Assembly: GCF_964194155.1 (NCBI RefSeq)
Contig: NC_135916.1
Coordinates: 1,178,001-1,242,000 of the forward strand
DNA from: Cetorhinus maximus
Lineage: Eukaryota
Direction: 5' to 3'
DNA length: 64,000 nucleotides
Below are positions 50,419 to 64,000 of this stretch, in pieces (position 1 is the first letter of the stretch; each line of letters opens with the position of its first letter). Under the pieces are notes generated by a model. The model had not been told where the DNA came from, made no database searches, and saw only the letters and a program-made list of their open reading frames with translations. Made by a program: the position numbers and the translations under genes.

Positions 50419-50466
50419 TTACCCTGTCTTTTTTCTGCGCCATCTGTTCCTGGGTCTTTGAGACAT
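50419..50466 (-). CDS. Candidate micropeptide MSQRPRNRWRRKKTG (unit 3)
   Basis: Versus unit 1: CGA>AGA, CGA>CGC, AAG>AAA, TGA>TAA, all synonymous. Confidence 0.35.
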   Translation of the reverse strand: MSQRPRNRWRRKKTG

Positions 50467-51320
50467 GACAGGGTCTGGGAGGTACCAGTATACCAGCTTT
50501 ATATGGATCAGCCTGTATCCATGCTGCATGTTGTCTGGTTCCAGGAAGCAATGAACAACTTTACTCTGGCCTGTATCAGGGCGATCAATGAAATAACCCG
50601 AATTTAAACGGGAATGTAAGGCGAATATTGAGAGGCTGATTGAAAAATCTGACTACACTTAATCACCTCGATTCTGCAACCCAGGACGGACGGAAGGATG
50701 TGGAAGATCTGATTTTGCTGCATGGTTTGGACTGTGAAGATACATTTACGCACGTTGTGTAAGATAGTTCAAATATATAAACTTAAGAGATAAACTTGAT
50801 TTACAGAAAGGGTGCGCAATCCGCCCACACACATCGCCTCCCCTAGCCATAAAACACTAGAAACAAGAGCCAAGCCATTCTCTCTATAACATCTATAGGG
50901 CTTTGACCTGAATTAACCGATAACGTTGATCAGGTTTATATGGGAGTCCAGAATTCCGCCCATCAATAGAAGCTTTATACCAGCCTGCTGTAAACCGATC
51001 AGGGAATGAATGAGAATTTCATCCGTGTTCGAAAGCAGGAAGTCGGAGCTGGGACGAAAATGGGTCTCGCGAACATAGAGACATTGTGATATTTGTCCAT
51101 TCAGATTGATGTTATCAGCATTCAAACTAGGTTTATTTTAATTTCAGTTACTCGTCCCTCTGAAATTGGCGGGCATTTTGAAATTGATGAACTGTCAGTT
51201 TCTGCTCCACCAATCAGGGCCCAGGAATCCAGTCAGCCCGCTGCTCTTTTCAAATTTCTGGGCGGGATTGCGCTGCATCCAATCAGGACAGGAGGGAGGT
51301 GACGGACATGTCTTAAATAG

Positions 51321-51788
<468 letters not shown>

Positions 51789-52099
51789 ACTCACCCTACC
51801 CGAGTCTAGACTTACACCGAGAACCACAAAGGCTCTTTTAAGAGCCACCAAGTCGGTCAGAGAAAGAACTGCGATCTATTGTTAAAAGACGCCACCTCTT
51901 CTGCATATAATTTCCATTTTTTTTCACCCTATACCTTTCCTTTGCTGCCTTTGTTGGGCTTTGGAGAGACGGTTATTTTATTATTCCAGGAACGTTTTCC
52001 CAAGTAGTGACAATTGAGGAAAACACACATCCCATTGGCTTCTGCACATTATCAATCACATCTCTGTTTGAGTGACCAATGTGGAGGATCCACGCATTC

Positions 52100-52295
52100 A
52101 CTTATTTTATACCTTCGGGAGGAATGGCGGTGCGATCAATGCTTATTGGTCCATTTTATTACAGCTGCTAATGTTCTTCCTATTACCAATCAGATCCCTG
52201 CATGATTCACCAACGTGGAGCCGTCACGTGGTTGACGTCCGAAAGTAATGGCGCCAAATCGTCAGTTACCGACCCATTATATATTTCAAATTTGC
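52100..52295. promoter_or_regulatory. Orphan H2A-type promoter (no H2A CDS)
   Basis: TTATACC..GGAGGAATGGCGGTGCG..ATTGG..CCAAT..GCGCCAAA 52251, CAGTTA 52263, TATATATTTCAAA aligns to 12105-12295; no H2A ORF or stem-loop adjacent. Confidence 0.8.
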
Positions 52296-54480
52296 AAGAC
52301 CGCCAAAAAAATACGGCACAAAAATCGTAATAGCTAATTCCCTTTTTAAATTATAACAATGCGCGATTCACCCAACTCTCTCCATCTTTTGGACATCCTG
52401 CAGTTTACCTGTATCTGTTAGTTTCTGACTTTTGAGTGCGGAGTTTCATGTAGCTGACATGAAGCAGAAATTAAAGGCGCCAATTTTGCAGGAACCGAGC
52501 CTTTGTTTTATTGAACATTGAAAAGCCCGCCTAAACGTGTGTAAAACGAATAATTAATTTGATACAGAATATTGCCTTAACATATAACACAGTCATTTCC
52601 ATAGTTTAAAAGATTGGTCTCCCTTATTGCACTATATCATATTTGATCACAAGCCCCAAATTGGCTATTAAAATCCGGAATCCATTCGGGTTTAATCTCG
52701 GACCGTTTTTCCAGTCCTCTTACTTTATGTTCAACAGATTCTGGCATGTGAATATGGGTTTTTTTAGGACTCTCTGCACCTTGTATATCATTGTCCATTC
52801 TTTGAATATGATGCTCACTTTTCAACTTTTTAATGTAGCATGTGAACATGGATTTTAATCAGGACTTATCAGTTGTTGACTGTGTATAAGTGTCATATTC
52901 CTTCTGTATGTATCAGCCTCTGGTGCTGTGTATGAATCTTGCTAACCTTTGTTATGTGCCTGTTGTGGTTCTGGAAATGGCTGCAGAATTAATACTCTAA
53001 ATGTAAATTTTGGACACTGTGGGCATTGAATTCGTTTTTTTCTTTCACCATATCTGTTAAGAATTGATGAATTGTGTGTTTTATTATGTGTTTTCACTTA
53101 GTTGAGTACTGTGATAGAGTTGAATTAATCCTGTACCCACCAGTGTGTTGTATTGTATGTGGATGAATACATTTTGCCCTCTGTGTAGGACTCTGTACTG
53201 CTATGTATGGAAGAGTGCATTCATTCTATCTGCAATATTTTCTGGTACTATCCGTGAGAGAGGGATTCCATCTGAATCTGTCAATATCTGGAACTAAATG
53301 TGAGAATGAAGTTGATACGGATCCAGCCAAGCTGTTTGAGAGCAATATTTTTTTGTGTGTCAGTCAATCTGGGCAATTTTATGTCATTGTGGGTTTTTGG
53401 CTCTGCGTCCTTAAGACTTTTCTAAAAAGATTTGTGTATGTCTGTGGCTCCTGCTCTCCATTTAATTCCCTGCTACTCTGTATGTGGTTGAATAATGCAT
53501 TGCTTCCCAATGTATTGTTTGTTTCTTGCTCTATATTTATTAGTCACTTAAATTGATGGAGTGTGTATTCACTCATTTAGCTGACAGTGAGTGTGATTCA
53601 TTCAAATTATCCCTGTATCTGCTATTGCATGGGAATGTGCCACTCTCTGCATGTCTTTCAGTGCCTGGTACAATGCATGATTTTGGGATTAAATTGTACA
53701 TGACAGCGTCCGGTAAGGTATGTGTTTGTGGAGTTATTTCTATAATGTTATGGCCTCTATGATTCTATATGAATGAGATTATTTTGGTATACTTCAGTTT
53801 CAGGTAGGCTAAGTGAATGTGGGGTTCATTATTTATCTTTCAGCCTTGGTGCTTTCCAAGAGTAAGTGCTAAGGGTAAACAAGAAGTGTTCAGAGAACTT
53901 ACATTATGATTCTTAGTGAGAATATTGATATGGCACGTGTTGTGTATTAAGGTCTGTATTCATTAAAATTATATTTTACCTTTATTTCAGATATTGTATG
54001 AGATCTTTGGTGTGGAATTTAATATGTTGTTCTGTGGGGCGTCTGTGTACATTCTTAGCTTCACATATACAGCTGATTGAAATGCACAGATTTAATGCTA
54101 AGACTCCACTCTTGTGAAAGGAATGGATTGTCTTGCAATCTGAAAATGTTTTTGGATAAGATTGATGGGCCTACCATTCTGTGACACTCAATGAGTGTGA
54201 ATTGGGGATAATATTCTGTCTCCCCTGTCGTGTTTGAATGTTGTATTGAACATGTCTGCCCATTTTTGGTTTAACCTATAACATGGGTTCTACCAATGTT
54301 ATAGCCATAGGTTATATTCTGTAGTTGCATCGGAGTTCAAGAATGGTACTCAATTTGTAGCTCTGTGAAAACAATTGTGAATAGCTACTTCCCCCTTCAA
54401 TCAACTATATAGCCTCACATGTAATTGATGCAGTTTGTAGTCAAGGAATTACCATTGTACCTTTATTCATGCAGAGCTTT

Positions 54481-54960
54481 TCATAGAATCACAGAATCAC
54501 ACAGTGCAGAAGAGGTCCTTCAGCCCATCGAGTCTGCAACAACACGTGAGAAACACCTGACCTACCTACCTAATCCCATTTACCAGCACTTGGCCCATAG
54601 CCTTGAATGTGATGATGTGCCAAGTGCTCATCCAAGTACATTTTAAAGGATGTGAGGCAACCCGCCTCCACCACCCTCCCAGGCAGCGCATTCCAAACCG
54701 TCACCACCCTCTGGGTAAAAATTTGTTCCTCACATCCTTCATAAACCTCTTGCCCCTCACCTTGAACTTACGCCCCCTCGTGACTGACTCTTCAGCCAAG
54801 GGGAACAGCTGCTCCCTATCCACCCTGTCCATGCCCCTCATAATCTTATACACCTCGATCAGGTCGCCCCTCAGTCTTCTCTGCTCCAACGAAAACAACC
54901 CAAGGCTATCCAACCTCTCTTCATAACTTCAATGTTTCATCCCAGGCAACATCCTGGTGA
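54481..54960 (-). mobile_element. CR1 3' fragment
   Basis: Minus ORF LGLFSLEQRRLRGDLIEVYKIMRG; same subfamily as 5605-6492. Confidence 0.85.
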
Positions 54961-56454
54961 ATATTTTGTTAGACTGCTATGAAATATATAGCCCTGTCTA
55001 AATTCTGAGGCACTGCTTTGCATTTTATTAAGTACCTTACAGTGAGCTATCTTATTTTCTGTTCTGGCTAAGAGCAGTTAAATAATATCTGATGAGAATG
55101 AAAGAGTGAATATGATATTTGTTGTGTATTCTGTTAATCCTTTGATATTCTGCTGGATTAGATGCTAGATGGATATATAAAGCAAGTTAATGAAGACTCA
55201 CCGGATCTGTTTGTCTCTTGGATTGAACAGTTGTCTCTTCCCTTTGAAACAGTGTGGGAATGAATGATTATTTATTTGTGACAGTGGACATAATGACCTG
55301 GCAGCATCTCTGTTCTCTGTGAGTGATGCTGCACCTACCTTGTGTTGGAACAAGCTCACTTTTCATCTTGCTTATGTTATAACTTTTATAGTTATCACTA
55401 TTATGTATCCACCTTAGTTACTAGCCTCATCTGTCAATGCATAGCATTGTTTGTGAGCTGAGATTTGTTCACTTCTTTTTAAATTGATCCTTTCAACCAT
55501 TTTATGTTTACTATTGTTTCCACTCCATATTAATTTATTAATTTGCAGGCCTGTACTATTATTTGAGTAATGTTTCCATTTTTAAAAATGAGGCTGAATT
55601 TCACTTTCATAACACATGGGTGATAAGATTATTTTGTCATCTTATTTGAATTAGGATCCCCTTCTTTTCTGCAATTAATTCTATGAATTGCATGTAAAGT
55701 CACTGGGATACATTTAGGTATTTTAACCTGTATCAAATATATTTTTTTCTCTGGAATGGAAGTGTGATGTTGGTCTGTAACTCTCAGGCTGTATTTGCAA
55801 TTACACTGCACGTTAATTTTGTTGTGAGTGAATGACTTTTTAAAAAATCCATCCATGTCTTTTTTTTTTAGCATAAGATGTGTTTCATTCTCTATTTTCC
55901 AGTTTTCTTTTAGATAATGAGTGTAAGTTCTGTATAATTGTGTGCATTTTCAGGTATGTGAGTATGATTAGTTTTTCTCCTCCAGTTGTATTTATTAATT
56001 TCTCAGAGGCTAAAATGTGACTTTGCCATGGTACCTGTCAGTTACTGGTAAGTGAGTGCTGGTGTTACACTGTCCCTGTGAATATCTGGTGTATGAGCAT
56101 TACTTTGTAGCACTTCATTACTTGCAAGTGACTTTTTTTTCTCCCTCTATCTGTCAGTTTGTGGCATGTGAGTTTGAATGTGTGTGTTGGGCTTACTTGG
56201 CATTTGACTGTTTTGTTACGTGTCTGCTAAGTTAATGTGAATATACACTTTTTTTTTCAGTTTTTAAAATGTAAACATGTGTTTGAGTCTTATTCCCGGT
56301 CTCTGACATGAAAATGAGGAAATACCATAAATGTTTCAGATTTTTTTTCTGTATGTGTCACATATATTCTTTAATCATTCGTCTCTTGTAAAGAAATTCT
56401 AAGATTTACTCAGATTCTCTCAGTAAAGTTATGTCATTGTGTGATTGTTGAACT

Positions 56455-56712
56455 GTGTGTGAGCCTGTCTGTGTGTGTGTGCCTGTCTGTGTGTGTGCGC
56501 CTGTCTGTGTGTGTGCGCCTGTCTGTGTGTGTGCGCCTGTCTGTGTGTGTGCGGGGGTGTGTGTGTGTGTGTGCGTGTGTGCGCCTGTCCTTGTGTGTGG
56601 GTGTGTGTGCCTCCCTGTGTTTGTGCGCCTGTCTGTCTCTTTGCGTGCCTGTCTGTGTATGCGCTTGTCTGTGTGTGTGCGCCTGTCCTTGTGTGTGGGT
56701 GTGTGTGCCTGT
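56455..56712 (+). repeat. TG-derived 18-bp minisatellite
   Basis: Tandem GCGCCTGTCTGTGTGTGT units. Confidence 0.85.
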
Positions 56713-57279
56713 TTATGCTCCTTTTGTCTCTCTTATGTGTGAATGGACTTTTCTCTCTATCTGTCATTTTTCAATATGTACTTGTGCACATTGACTGGCA
56801 CTCACAAGTATCTGGCATGGTGTTAAAGGCTAATTTTGTACATATCCAGTTTTAGCCATTCTCTTAGGATAGCCTTGGCTTTAAGTTGTAATATTCGGCT
56901 TCTGGTATGGAAGTGCACATTTTACCTGTACCTGACCCTTTTAGATATGAGATTCTGGTACTGAAATTGTCTGCTCGTTTCTAGCCTCTGATGTGAGCAT
57001 GATTTTTACTTTTGTTAAAGTTAGCATTTTTAATGAGACTCTGCATTTACTGTGAATTTCAGTATCTGATCTACGATTGTGGATTTTAATCAGTCCTGAT
57101 TTGTTTCTGTTTGGGATTGATATCTCTGTTATAGGAGTGATATATTCCATTCTGTTATTGTCTCTTTCTAATGAGGTGAACGATCCTTTTTGATCAGAAT
57201 CTGTTTAATTTGGTGCCTGAATATGGGATTTGCTTTGCAATTGTCAGATTTTGACATGAAGGAATGTTTATAATCTGTA

Positions 57280-57515
57280 GCAAAAGCAAAAACAAAATAT
57301 CTACAGGTGGATTCTTGAAATCTCAAGAAAAAGGAAACACAATTGCTGGGAATACTGAGCAGGCCAGACAACATCTGTGGAGACAAGAGCTGAATTACCC
57401 TCCACCTGAAAATTCTGATATCAGAAAAGGTCATTGAACTGTGATGTTCACTCTCATCCTGTCTCCACAGGTGTTGGCTTCCTTGCTGAGTATTTCCTGC
57501 ATTGTTGGTGTTTCT
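57280..57515. mobile_element. Palindromic pLTR-derived element (unit 3)
   Basis: AATACTGAGCAGGCCAGACAACATCTGTGGAGA arm and TCTCCACAGGTGTTGG..GCTGAGTATTTCC arm. Confidence 0.6.
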
Positions 57516-57858
57516 TCCTCCCCCTGTACGTGTTAATTTCCAACAAGTGAATATGGCATCACTGATCACCTGCCAATGTCTGACAAATATGTTTCACTTC
57601 TATTCTGACAGGGTTTCAACGTAGAATTTGGTGTGCGTGTGTGCACATGTGCATGTTTCTAGAATGGAAGAAATTTATTTTTTCTGCACTTTACATAGAA
57701 TGCTATGCGAATGTCAGTTCAGCCTGTATCTGTCACTTTTTAACATGTTACTACGAGTCTTATTCTTTACCTGTCTATGAATGGGGATTTTAAAATGCAC
57801 CTAGTTATTTGCTGCTGTGTGACTTTTTTCTTTTATAGATGTTTGGAATTAATTATGG

Positions 57859-58130
57859 GTTTTTAAAAAAAATATATACTTTATTCAAAAATTATCTGAA
57901 AGAACATTTCTAAATCGCCATCACAAAAAGTGCAATCAGATTCAACTTTTACACATGGATCAAGAGTTGCTTCTATACAATCAATGAATATTACAATCAA
58001 TTCAATATGGTCATTACAGGCAGTCAGACAGCGCAATGATATTGGAGTTATCAACATACATCATGTTGCACTTTTGAGGTGTTTCAATACTATTACTATT
58101 CAGTGCAGATATTTTTTTGTGAGCCGTACA
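57859..58130 (-). mobile_element. Probable LINE (L1/Tx1-like) 3' fragment
   Basis: Insertion relative to the paralogous site near 42395; starts with a T run and TTTATT; A-rich against the T-rich background. Confidence 0.45.
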
Positions 58131-59040
58131 GCTTTACTCTGGGAATTTAACTCTCTGTAATGCACTTGTGGCTATTACTCTGCACCTGCCAGTGCCTGAC
58201 ATGTGAGGATGCATTTTGCATTCACTGTTGCTGACATGTAAAGCAAATTTTACTACTTAACTCTCAGTTACTGGTATATAGATGTGCAGATTTTATTCTG
58301 TATCTGTAATTCTGTGATATGTCAGTTTGATTCATTTTCCTGTTGTTTGGCTCAGGGTCAGAAATATGAGCATGGAAAAAAAATATGTTGAAACACTTAG
58401 GCTATTTTAAATGAATGAGAATTTAATTATTTGCTTTCAATCCCCAGAATGAGAATGTGCCCTATGCTTATCATATTCTTGTATGTGAGTATTGTCTTTC
58501 CTCCAGGTCTGTATGCACCTTGTAGGTCATGGTCGGTTTTGCTGTGAACATGTCAGCCTGTATTACTTGATTGTGATGTTCACATTGCAGCTTTCAATTT
58601 AGTGTGTGAGCATGGACCATTCGCTCCCTCCCCCCAACCCCTCAACCCAAACCTACAGATTTTGATGCATGTTCATGTGTGATTTTACCGTAGCTATCAA
58701 CGTCTGCTTTCTGGGTATCCATTTTCTTCCTATTTTTAAAATTCTGTTATGGGAAACTTGATTTTATTCTACACCTCTCTATCGCTGGTATGTGTCTGTG
58801 GTTTTACAATGTAAGCATCTGCCCCTGTCATGGGAATTCAGGTTTCTTCTGTATCTGTCAGTCTCTCCTACGACAGTGCTGTAATGTTATTTGCCGTACT
58901 TGTCAATATCTGCTTTGTCAGTTAAGGTTTAACCTATCTTGTTTGTAGAGATCTGTTGATATAACTATTAGTGAGTATATTGCCTGGCACGTGATGTGTA
59001 TGTGTGTCTGTCTTAATGAATATGTACTTTATCATTATCA

Positions 59041-59665
59041 GGGGGAGGCGATGGTGTTGTGATGTTGTCATTGTTGTCACTATTAATCCAAAGACCTAGG
59101 GTAATACTCTGGGGACCCGGGTTCGAATCCTGCCGAGGTTTGGCGGATTGTGAATTCAATAAAAATCTGGAATTAAAAGAATAATGGTGACCATTGTCGA
59201 TTGTTGTAAGAACCCACCTGGTTGACCAATGCCGGAAACCTGTTGTCCTTACTTAGTCTGGTCTACATGTGGTGTTGTGTTAGACCCACTTGGCCACTCA
59301 CTTGTAATAAACTGCTAAAAAGTCACAAAAATGGAATGGAATCAGATGGACCACCCGACACTGACTGAGGCACCGCAAACAAAAATGACTAAATTCAGCC
59401 CTGTCGACCCTGAAGGTAGATGGGAACACCTCCAGCTAGAATTTCCACTCCAAGTCACTGAACGATCCTGACTTGGAAATATATCCTGTTCCTTCACTGT
59501 CGCTGGGGAAAAATTTTGGAACTGCCTCCCTAACAGCAGTGTGGGTGTACCTACACCACGTGGACAGCAGGAGTTCAAGAAAGCAGCTCACCACCACCTT
59601 CTCAAGGGCAACTAAATGGTGGCACAGCCAGAAAAGCAAACATCCCGTGAATGAATTTAAAAAAA
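59041..59665 (+). mobile_element. tRNA-derived SINE with LINE-derived tail
   Basis: B box GGTTCGAATCC ~59120-59130; core ACCATTGTCGATTGTTGTAAGAACCCACCTGGTT; A-rich end. Confidence 0.75.
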
Positions 59666-60539
59666 GATATTATATGGGATCTTTGGTGTTGAATTTATGG
59701 TGTTGCTTTATGAATGCTGGGTGCACTCAAGGATTAATTCTGTAAATTTCAATCAGCTTTAATACCTGGTATTTAAATTACAGGCGATGTTCTACTCTTG
59801 TGACATGAAAGGGCTGCCCTTCAATCTGATAATGGCTGTGATTGTTGACTGCAATTGGTGGACCTGCAATTCAGCAGTACTGAGTAGGAGTGTACTGTAG
59901 TAAAATTATTCCACCTCCCCTGAGTGTCTGACCATTGGATGGAGCATTTGTACCTGGGTTTGAGATCAATTTGAGCCTGACTATTTCTGTTCTCAGTGAT
60001 GGTGGAGCTGATGTTCTGTCTGTATCTCTGCACTCTCGGAGTAACATCGTGCCTGCTGTCAGTTAGAAAGAGGTGGCTAGACGTTTATTTTTCCTGGGAT
60101 ATCATCAGCTTGAAACTGATCCCTTCATTGATTTGCCTGGAGGAAGAAACAAAAGTCTTGTAACACAAAATCAGCAGAGGACATTGAAAGACAATAGGTC
60201 AACATAATCTTTCAACTGACAATAAATAAAAAAATATATATCTAGATGCAAAACATAACGATACAATAAATACTACAGTGTCTGATTCCACGTCAGCAAC
60301 CTGCTTTGGTAGTTTTCAAGCAAATGAGTGACACTCAGAAACAATCCACATCTGTCTGGCTCCAAGGGTGACACTCCCCGAGGATACAAAGACAGTTCAG
60401 ATATCAATATCCAGCTCTCAGCCGGTGCTAAAATGTTTATATCTTAATAGCTGGTGCTTCCAAAGCGTGACCCCTACGTGGTTACTCTCCTCCTTACTCT
60501 CTGCCTGTTACCACTGTTCACTGTCCAAATGCCGACAAG

Positions 60540-61042
60540 TTGCATGAATCAGCAGCTATACTTGGAATATGCATTACAGGTTTGAGGGGAGAAAATCCCA
60601 ATAGTTTACAATTGCAGCTTCCTCAGGTTCTGTCTCCCTCAGCAGGGCCACACACAGCCCCAGAAAGGCCTCTCCCCGACCACCCGCTCACTCCAAGTTC
60701 CGGAACACGTTCGCGCTCCGCTCCGCCTCTTACAAACAGCCCCCGGTTCCCCCTGAACTTACCCCGAGTCAATGATGATTTCTGTGTCCACACTGACAAA
60801 CCGGGGCCCTGCTGGAATCAGAACGCTGTTTACTCGCTTACCCGGGCCCTAAGATTTCCATTTCTATCTGTTTGAAACAAAGGTCTCCCGTTCACTGAGT
60901 GAAAGGCCCTCAAAGGTCAATTCTTGGGAGAAATGAGGGGCGCATGCGCTCTTCTAGCCATGTCTGAGAAAACTGAGGGCAGCAATGCGCATGCGCTTCC
61001 CTGGAACCAACGTCACAGAACAGACGTCTTGTGCTCCGCCCC
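60540..61042 (-). other. Conserved ~350-bp element plus NRF1 pair (unit 4)
   Basis: Micro-ORF 60838-60861; GCGCATGCGC at 60940 and 60987; ACGTCA; GC box. Confidence 0.6.
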
Positions 61043-61210
61043 TCAGTCAATGTTCTCCAGCTTGAGCATCACAATGGGTCTGTGTGGAACGGGCAGAGTT
61101 TCAGGCAGGTGGACGATTCCTGTATGAAGCTCAAACTGATATCGCTCCCTGCAGCATCTTAGCTGTTCATTCACCGGTTTAGCAAATCAATCCGCCCAGT
61201 GAATCTATGT

Positions 61211-63691
61211 CAAAAAAAAAACAGAATTACCTGGAAAAACTCAGCAAGTCTGGCAGCATCGGCGGAGAAGAAATCAGTTAACGTTTCGAGCCGTCTCAAT
61301 TTCTCTGCTCCTCTCACCCATTCTAATCTGTCTCTCTCTGAACTCACTGCACTCCGTTCTCTCAGGTCCAACCCCAACATTGTCATCAAACCCTCTGACA
61401 AAGGTGGTACTGTTGTTGTCTTGCGCATGGACCTCTACCTCGCGGAGGCTGAGCGTCAACTCGCAGACGTTTCCTCCTACCTCTCCCTGGACCATGACCC
61501 CACCACAGAACATCAAGCCATTGTTTCCAGGACTGTCACTGACCTCATCTCCTCAGGAGATCTTCCTCCCACAGCTTCCAACTTGATAGTCGCCCAACCT
61601 CGGATGGCCTGCTTCTACCTCCTACCCAATATCCACAAACAGAACTGTCCTGGCAGACCGATCGTGTCAGCCTGTTCCTGCCCCACGGAACTCATTTCTC
61701 GTTATCTTGACTCCCTTCTCTCTCCCCTTGTCCAGTCCCTTCCCACCTACATCCGTGATTCCTCTGACACCTTATGTCACATCAACAATTTCCAGTTCCC
61801 TGGCCCCAACCGCTTCCTCTTCACCATGGATGTCCAATCCCTCTACACCTCCATCCCCCACCAGGATGGTCTGAGGGCCCTCAGCTTCTTCCTTGAACAG
61901 AGGCCCCAACAATCCCCATCCACCACTACTCTCCTCCGTCTGGCTGAACTTGTTCTCACACTGATCAATTTCTCCTTTAACTCCTCTCACTTCCTCCAAA
62001 TAAAAGGTGTGGCTATGGGTACCCGCATGGGCCCCAGCTATGCCTGTCTCTTTATGGGGTATGTGGAACATTCCTTGTTCCAGTCCTACTCCGGCCCCCT
62101 CCCACAACTCTTTCTCCGGTACATCGATGATTACTTCGGTGCTGCTTCATGCTCTCGTCGGGACCTGGAAAAAATTATTAATTTTGCTTACAATCTCCAC
62201 CCCTCCATCATCTTCACATGGTCCATCTCTGACACTTCTCTTCCCTTCCTTGACCTCTGTCTCAATTTCTGATGATAGACTGTCCACCAATATCCATTAC
62301 AAGCCTACCGACTCCCACAGCTACCTCGACTACAGCTCCTCACACCCCGCTTCCTGTAAAGACTCCATCCCATTCTCTCAGTTCCTTCGCCTCCGTCGCA
62401 TCTGTTCTGATGACGCTACCTTCAAAAACAGCTCCTCTGACATGTCCTCCTTCTTCCTTAACCGAGGTTTTCCATCCACAGTCGTTGACAGGGCCCTCAA
62501 CCGTGTCTGGCCCATATCCCGCGCATCCTCCCTCACGCCTTCTCCTCCTTCCCAGAAACATGATAGGGTCCCCCTTGTCCTCACTTATCACCCCACCAGC
62601 CTCCGCATTCAAAGGATCATCCTCCGCCATTTCCGCCAACTCCATCATGATGCCACCACCAAACACATCTTCCCTTCACCCCCCTTGACGGCATTCCATA
62701 GGGATCGTTCCCTCCGGGACACCCTGGTCCACTCCTCCATCACCCCCTACTCCTCAACCCCCACTTATGGCACCTCCCCATGCCCACGCAGAAGATGCAA
62801 CACCTGCCCCTTCACTTCCTCTCTCCTCACCGTCCAAGGGCCCAAACACTCCTTTCAAGTGAAGCAGCATTTCACTTGCATTTCCCCTAACTTAGTCTAC
62901 TGCATTCGTTGCTCCCAATGCGGTCTCCTCTACATTGGAGAGACCAAACGCAAACTGGGCGACCGTTTTGCGGAACAACTGCGGTCTGTCCGCAAGAAAG
63001 ACCCAAACCTCCCTGTCGCTTGCCATTTCAACACTCCACCCTGTTCTCTTGCCAACATGTCTGTCCTTGGCTTGCTGCATTGTTCCAGTGAAGCCCAACG
63101 CAAACTGGAGGAACAGCACCTCATCTTCCGACTAGGCACTTTACAGCCCAATGGGCTGAATATTGAATTCAACAACTTTAGATCTTAAACTCCCCCTCCC
63201 CCCATCCCCACCCCGTTTCTTTTCCCCCCCCCACCCGCTTTTTTTTCAATAATTTATATAGATTCTTCTTTCCCCACCTATTTCCATTATTTTTAAATCT
63301 AAAACTAAAACCTTTAGTCTTTCCACCCCACCCCCACTAGAGCTGTACTTTGAATATCCTGTTTTCCATTCTTAATTAGCACTTTTCTCAGACAAAGACC
63401 ACCACCTTCAACACCTCTTTGATCCTTTTGTCTGTGACATCTTTTGATTATCTGCTCACACCACACCCTCAATGTGTCTCTTTCCCCCCCCCACCCCACC
63501 CACCTTAAACCAATTTATATTTCTCCCTTGTTGAAACTATGCTGCAGTTCTGCCGAAGGGCCATGAAGGCTCAAAACGTTAACTGATTTCTTCTCCGCCG
63601 ATGCTGCCATACTTGCTGAGTTTTTCCAGGTAATTCTGTTTTTGTTTTGGATTTCCAGCATCCGCAGTAGCTTTTAGCTTTTTGTTTTTAT
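61211..63691 (+). mobile_element. Penelope-like retroelement (duplicate), frameshift near 62255
   Basis: RT in 61199-62272, then RT thumb plus GIY-YIG in another frame to 63188; TSD 61197-61210 and 63692-63705. Confidence 0.92.
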
Positions 63692-64000
63692 CAGTGAATC
63701 TATGTGTTTGCTGTGACCAGGCAGAAGTTAATGTCTGGTCTTAAAAGTCACTGTTTAATATAATCAGTTTGAACCTCTCAGTCACTGAGTGTCAATTCGA
63801 ACATTTTGTGTCCAAAGTTTAAAGAGAGCTCCAGAGGTTATGGATCATTACATTTCGGATACTATTCACCTCACCCACTGGCATTACTTCTGTTTGTGTG
63901 ATAGAAATGTGTCTGCCTTTGGCCCAGTAATAGCTGGAGCTGAATCACGTCATCTCTCACCTCTGTGGGTCTGTCAGTTTTAAATTAGTTTTCCCTATCA

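Larger units (their letters stand above)
52720..59030 (+). repeat. Cryptic ~40-41-bp degenerate array (unit 3 spacer)
   Basis: Units visible near 58150-58330 and 58760-58880; blocks paralogous to the unit 1 and 2 spacers. Confidence 0.55.
59344..64000 (+). repeat. Segmental / higher-order repeat, copy B
   Basis: Near-identical to 1-4667. Confidence 0.95.

Noticed and set aside
56429-56855. Cys/Val- and His/Thr-rich ORFs (also 40720-41078, 42100-42390)
   Set aside because: Translations of TG microsatellites.
59041-59135. tRNA gene
   Set aside because: B box present but no cloverleaf; continues into SINE core and tail.
60540-60875. 111-aa plus-strand ORF over the conserved element (also 44799-45221, 20113-20448)
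   Set aside because: No ATG start, stop codon in unit 1, frameshifted middle in unit 2, nonsynonymous differences.

Overview
Vertebrate genomic DNA, probably a cartilaginous fish (inferred from the CR1, Penelope and SINE repertoire). It holds a replication-dependent histone cluster built from three diverged 16-25 kb units. Each unit runs: conserved ~350-bp element with NRF1-type promoter, H1(+), H4(+), H3(+), H2A(-), then a long T/G-rich spacer. A fourth unit starts near 59.3 kb as a near-identical copy of bases 1-4667. No H2B is present. Each unit carries a different lesion: H1 nonsense codon in unit 1, H4 5' deletion in unit 2, H2A CDS lost in unit 3. Interspersed are two Penelope-like retroelements, one near full-length CR1 LINE, many CR1 fragments, tRNA-derived SINEs, a probable solo LTR and a 128-N assembly gap. 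The least explained signals are: (i) the ~350-bp element, conserved almost like the histone CDSs, with minus-strand splice donors and a tiny ORF that differs only synonymously; (ii) a 15-codon Arg-rich minus-strand ORF between H4 and H3 that also differs only synonymously; (iii) an H2A-type promoter kept even where H2A is gone, facing a cryptic ~40-41-bp degenerate tandem array where H2B would normally lie. Identities and periodicities were judged by eye, not computed.
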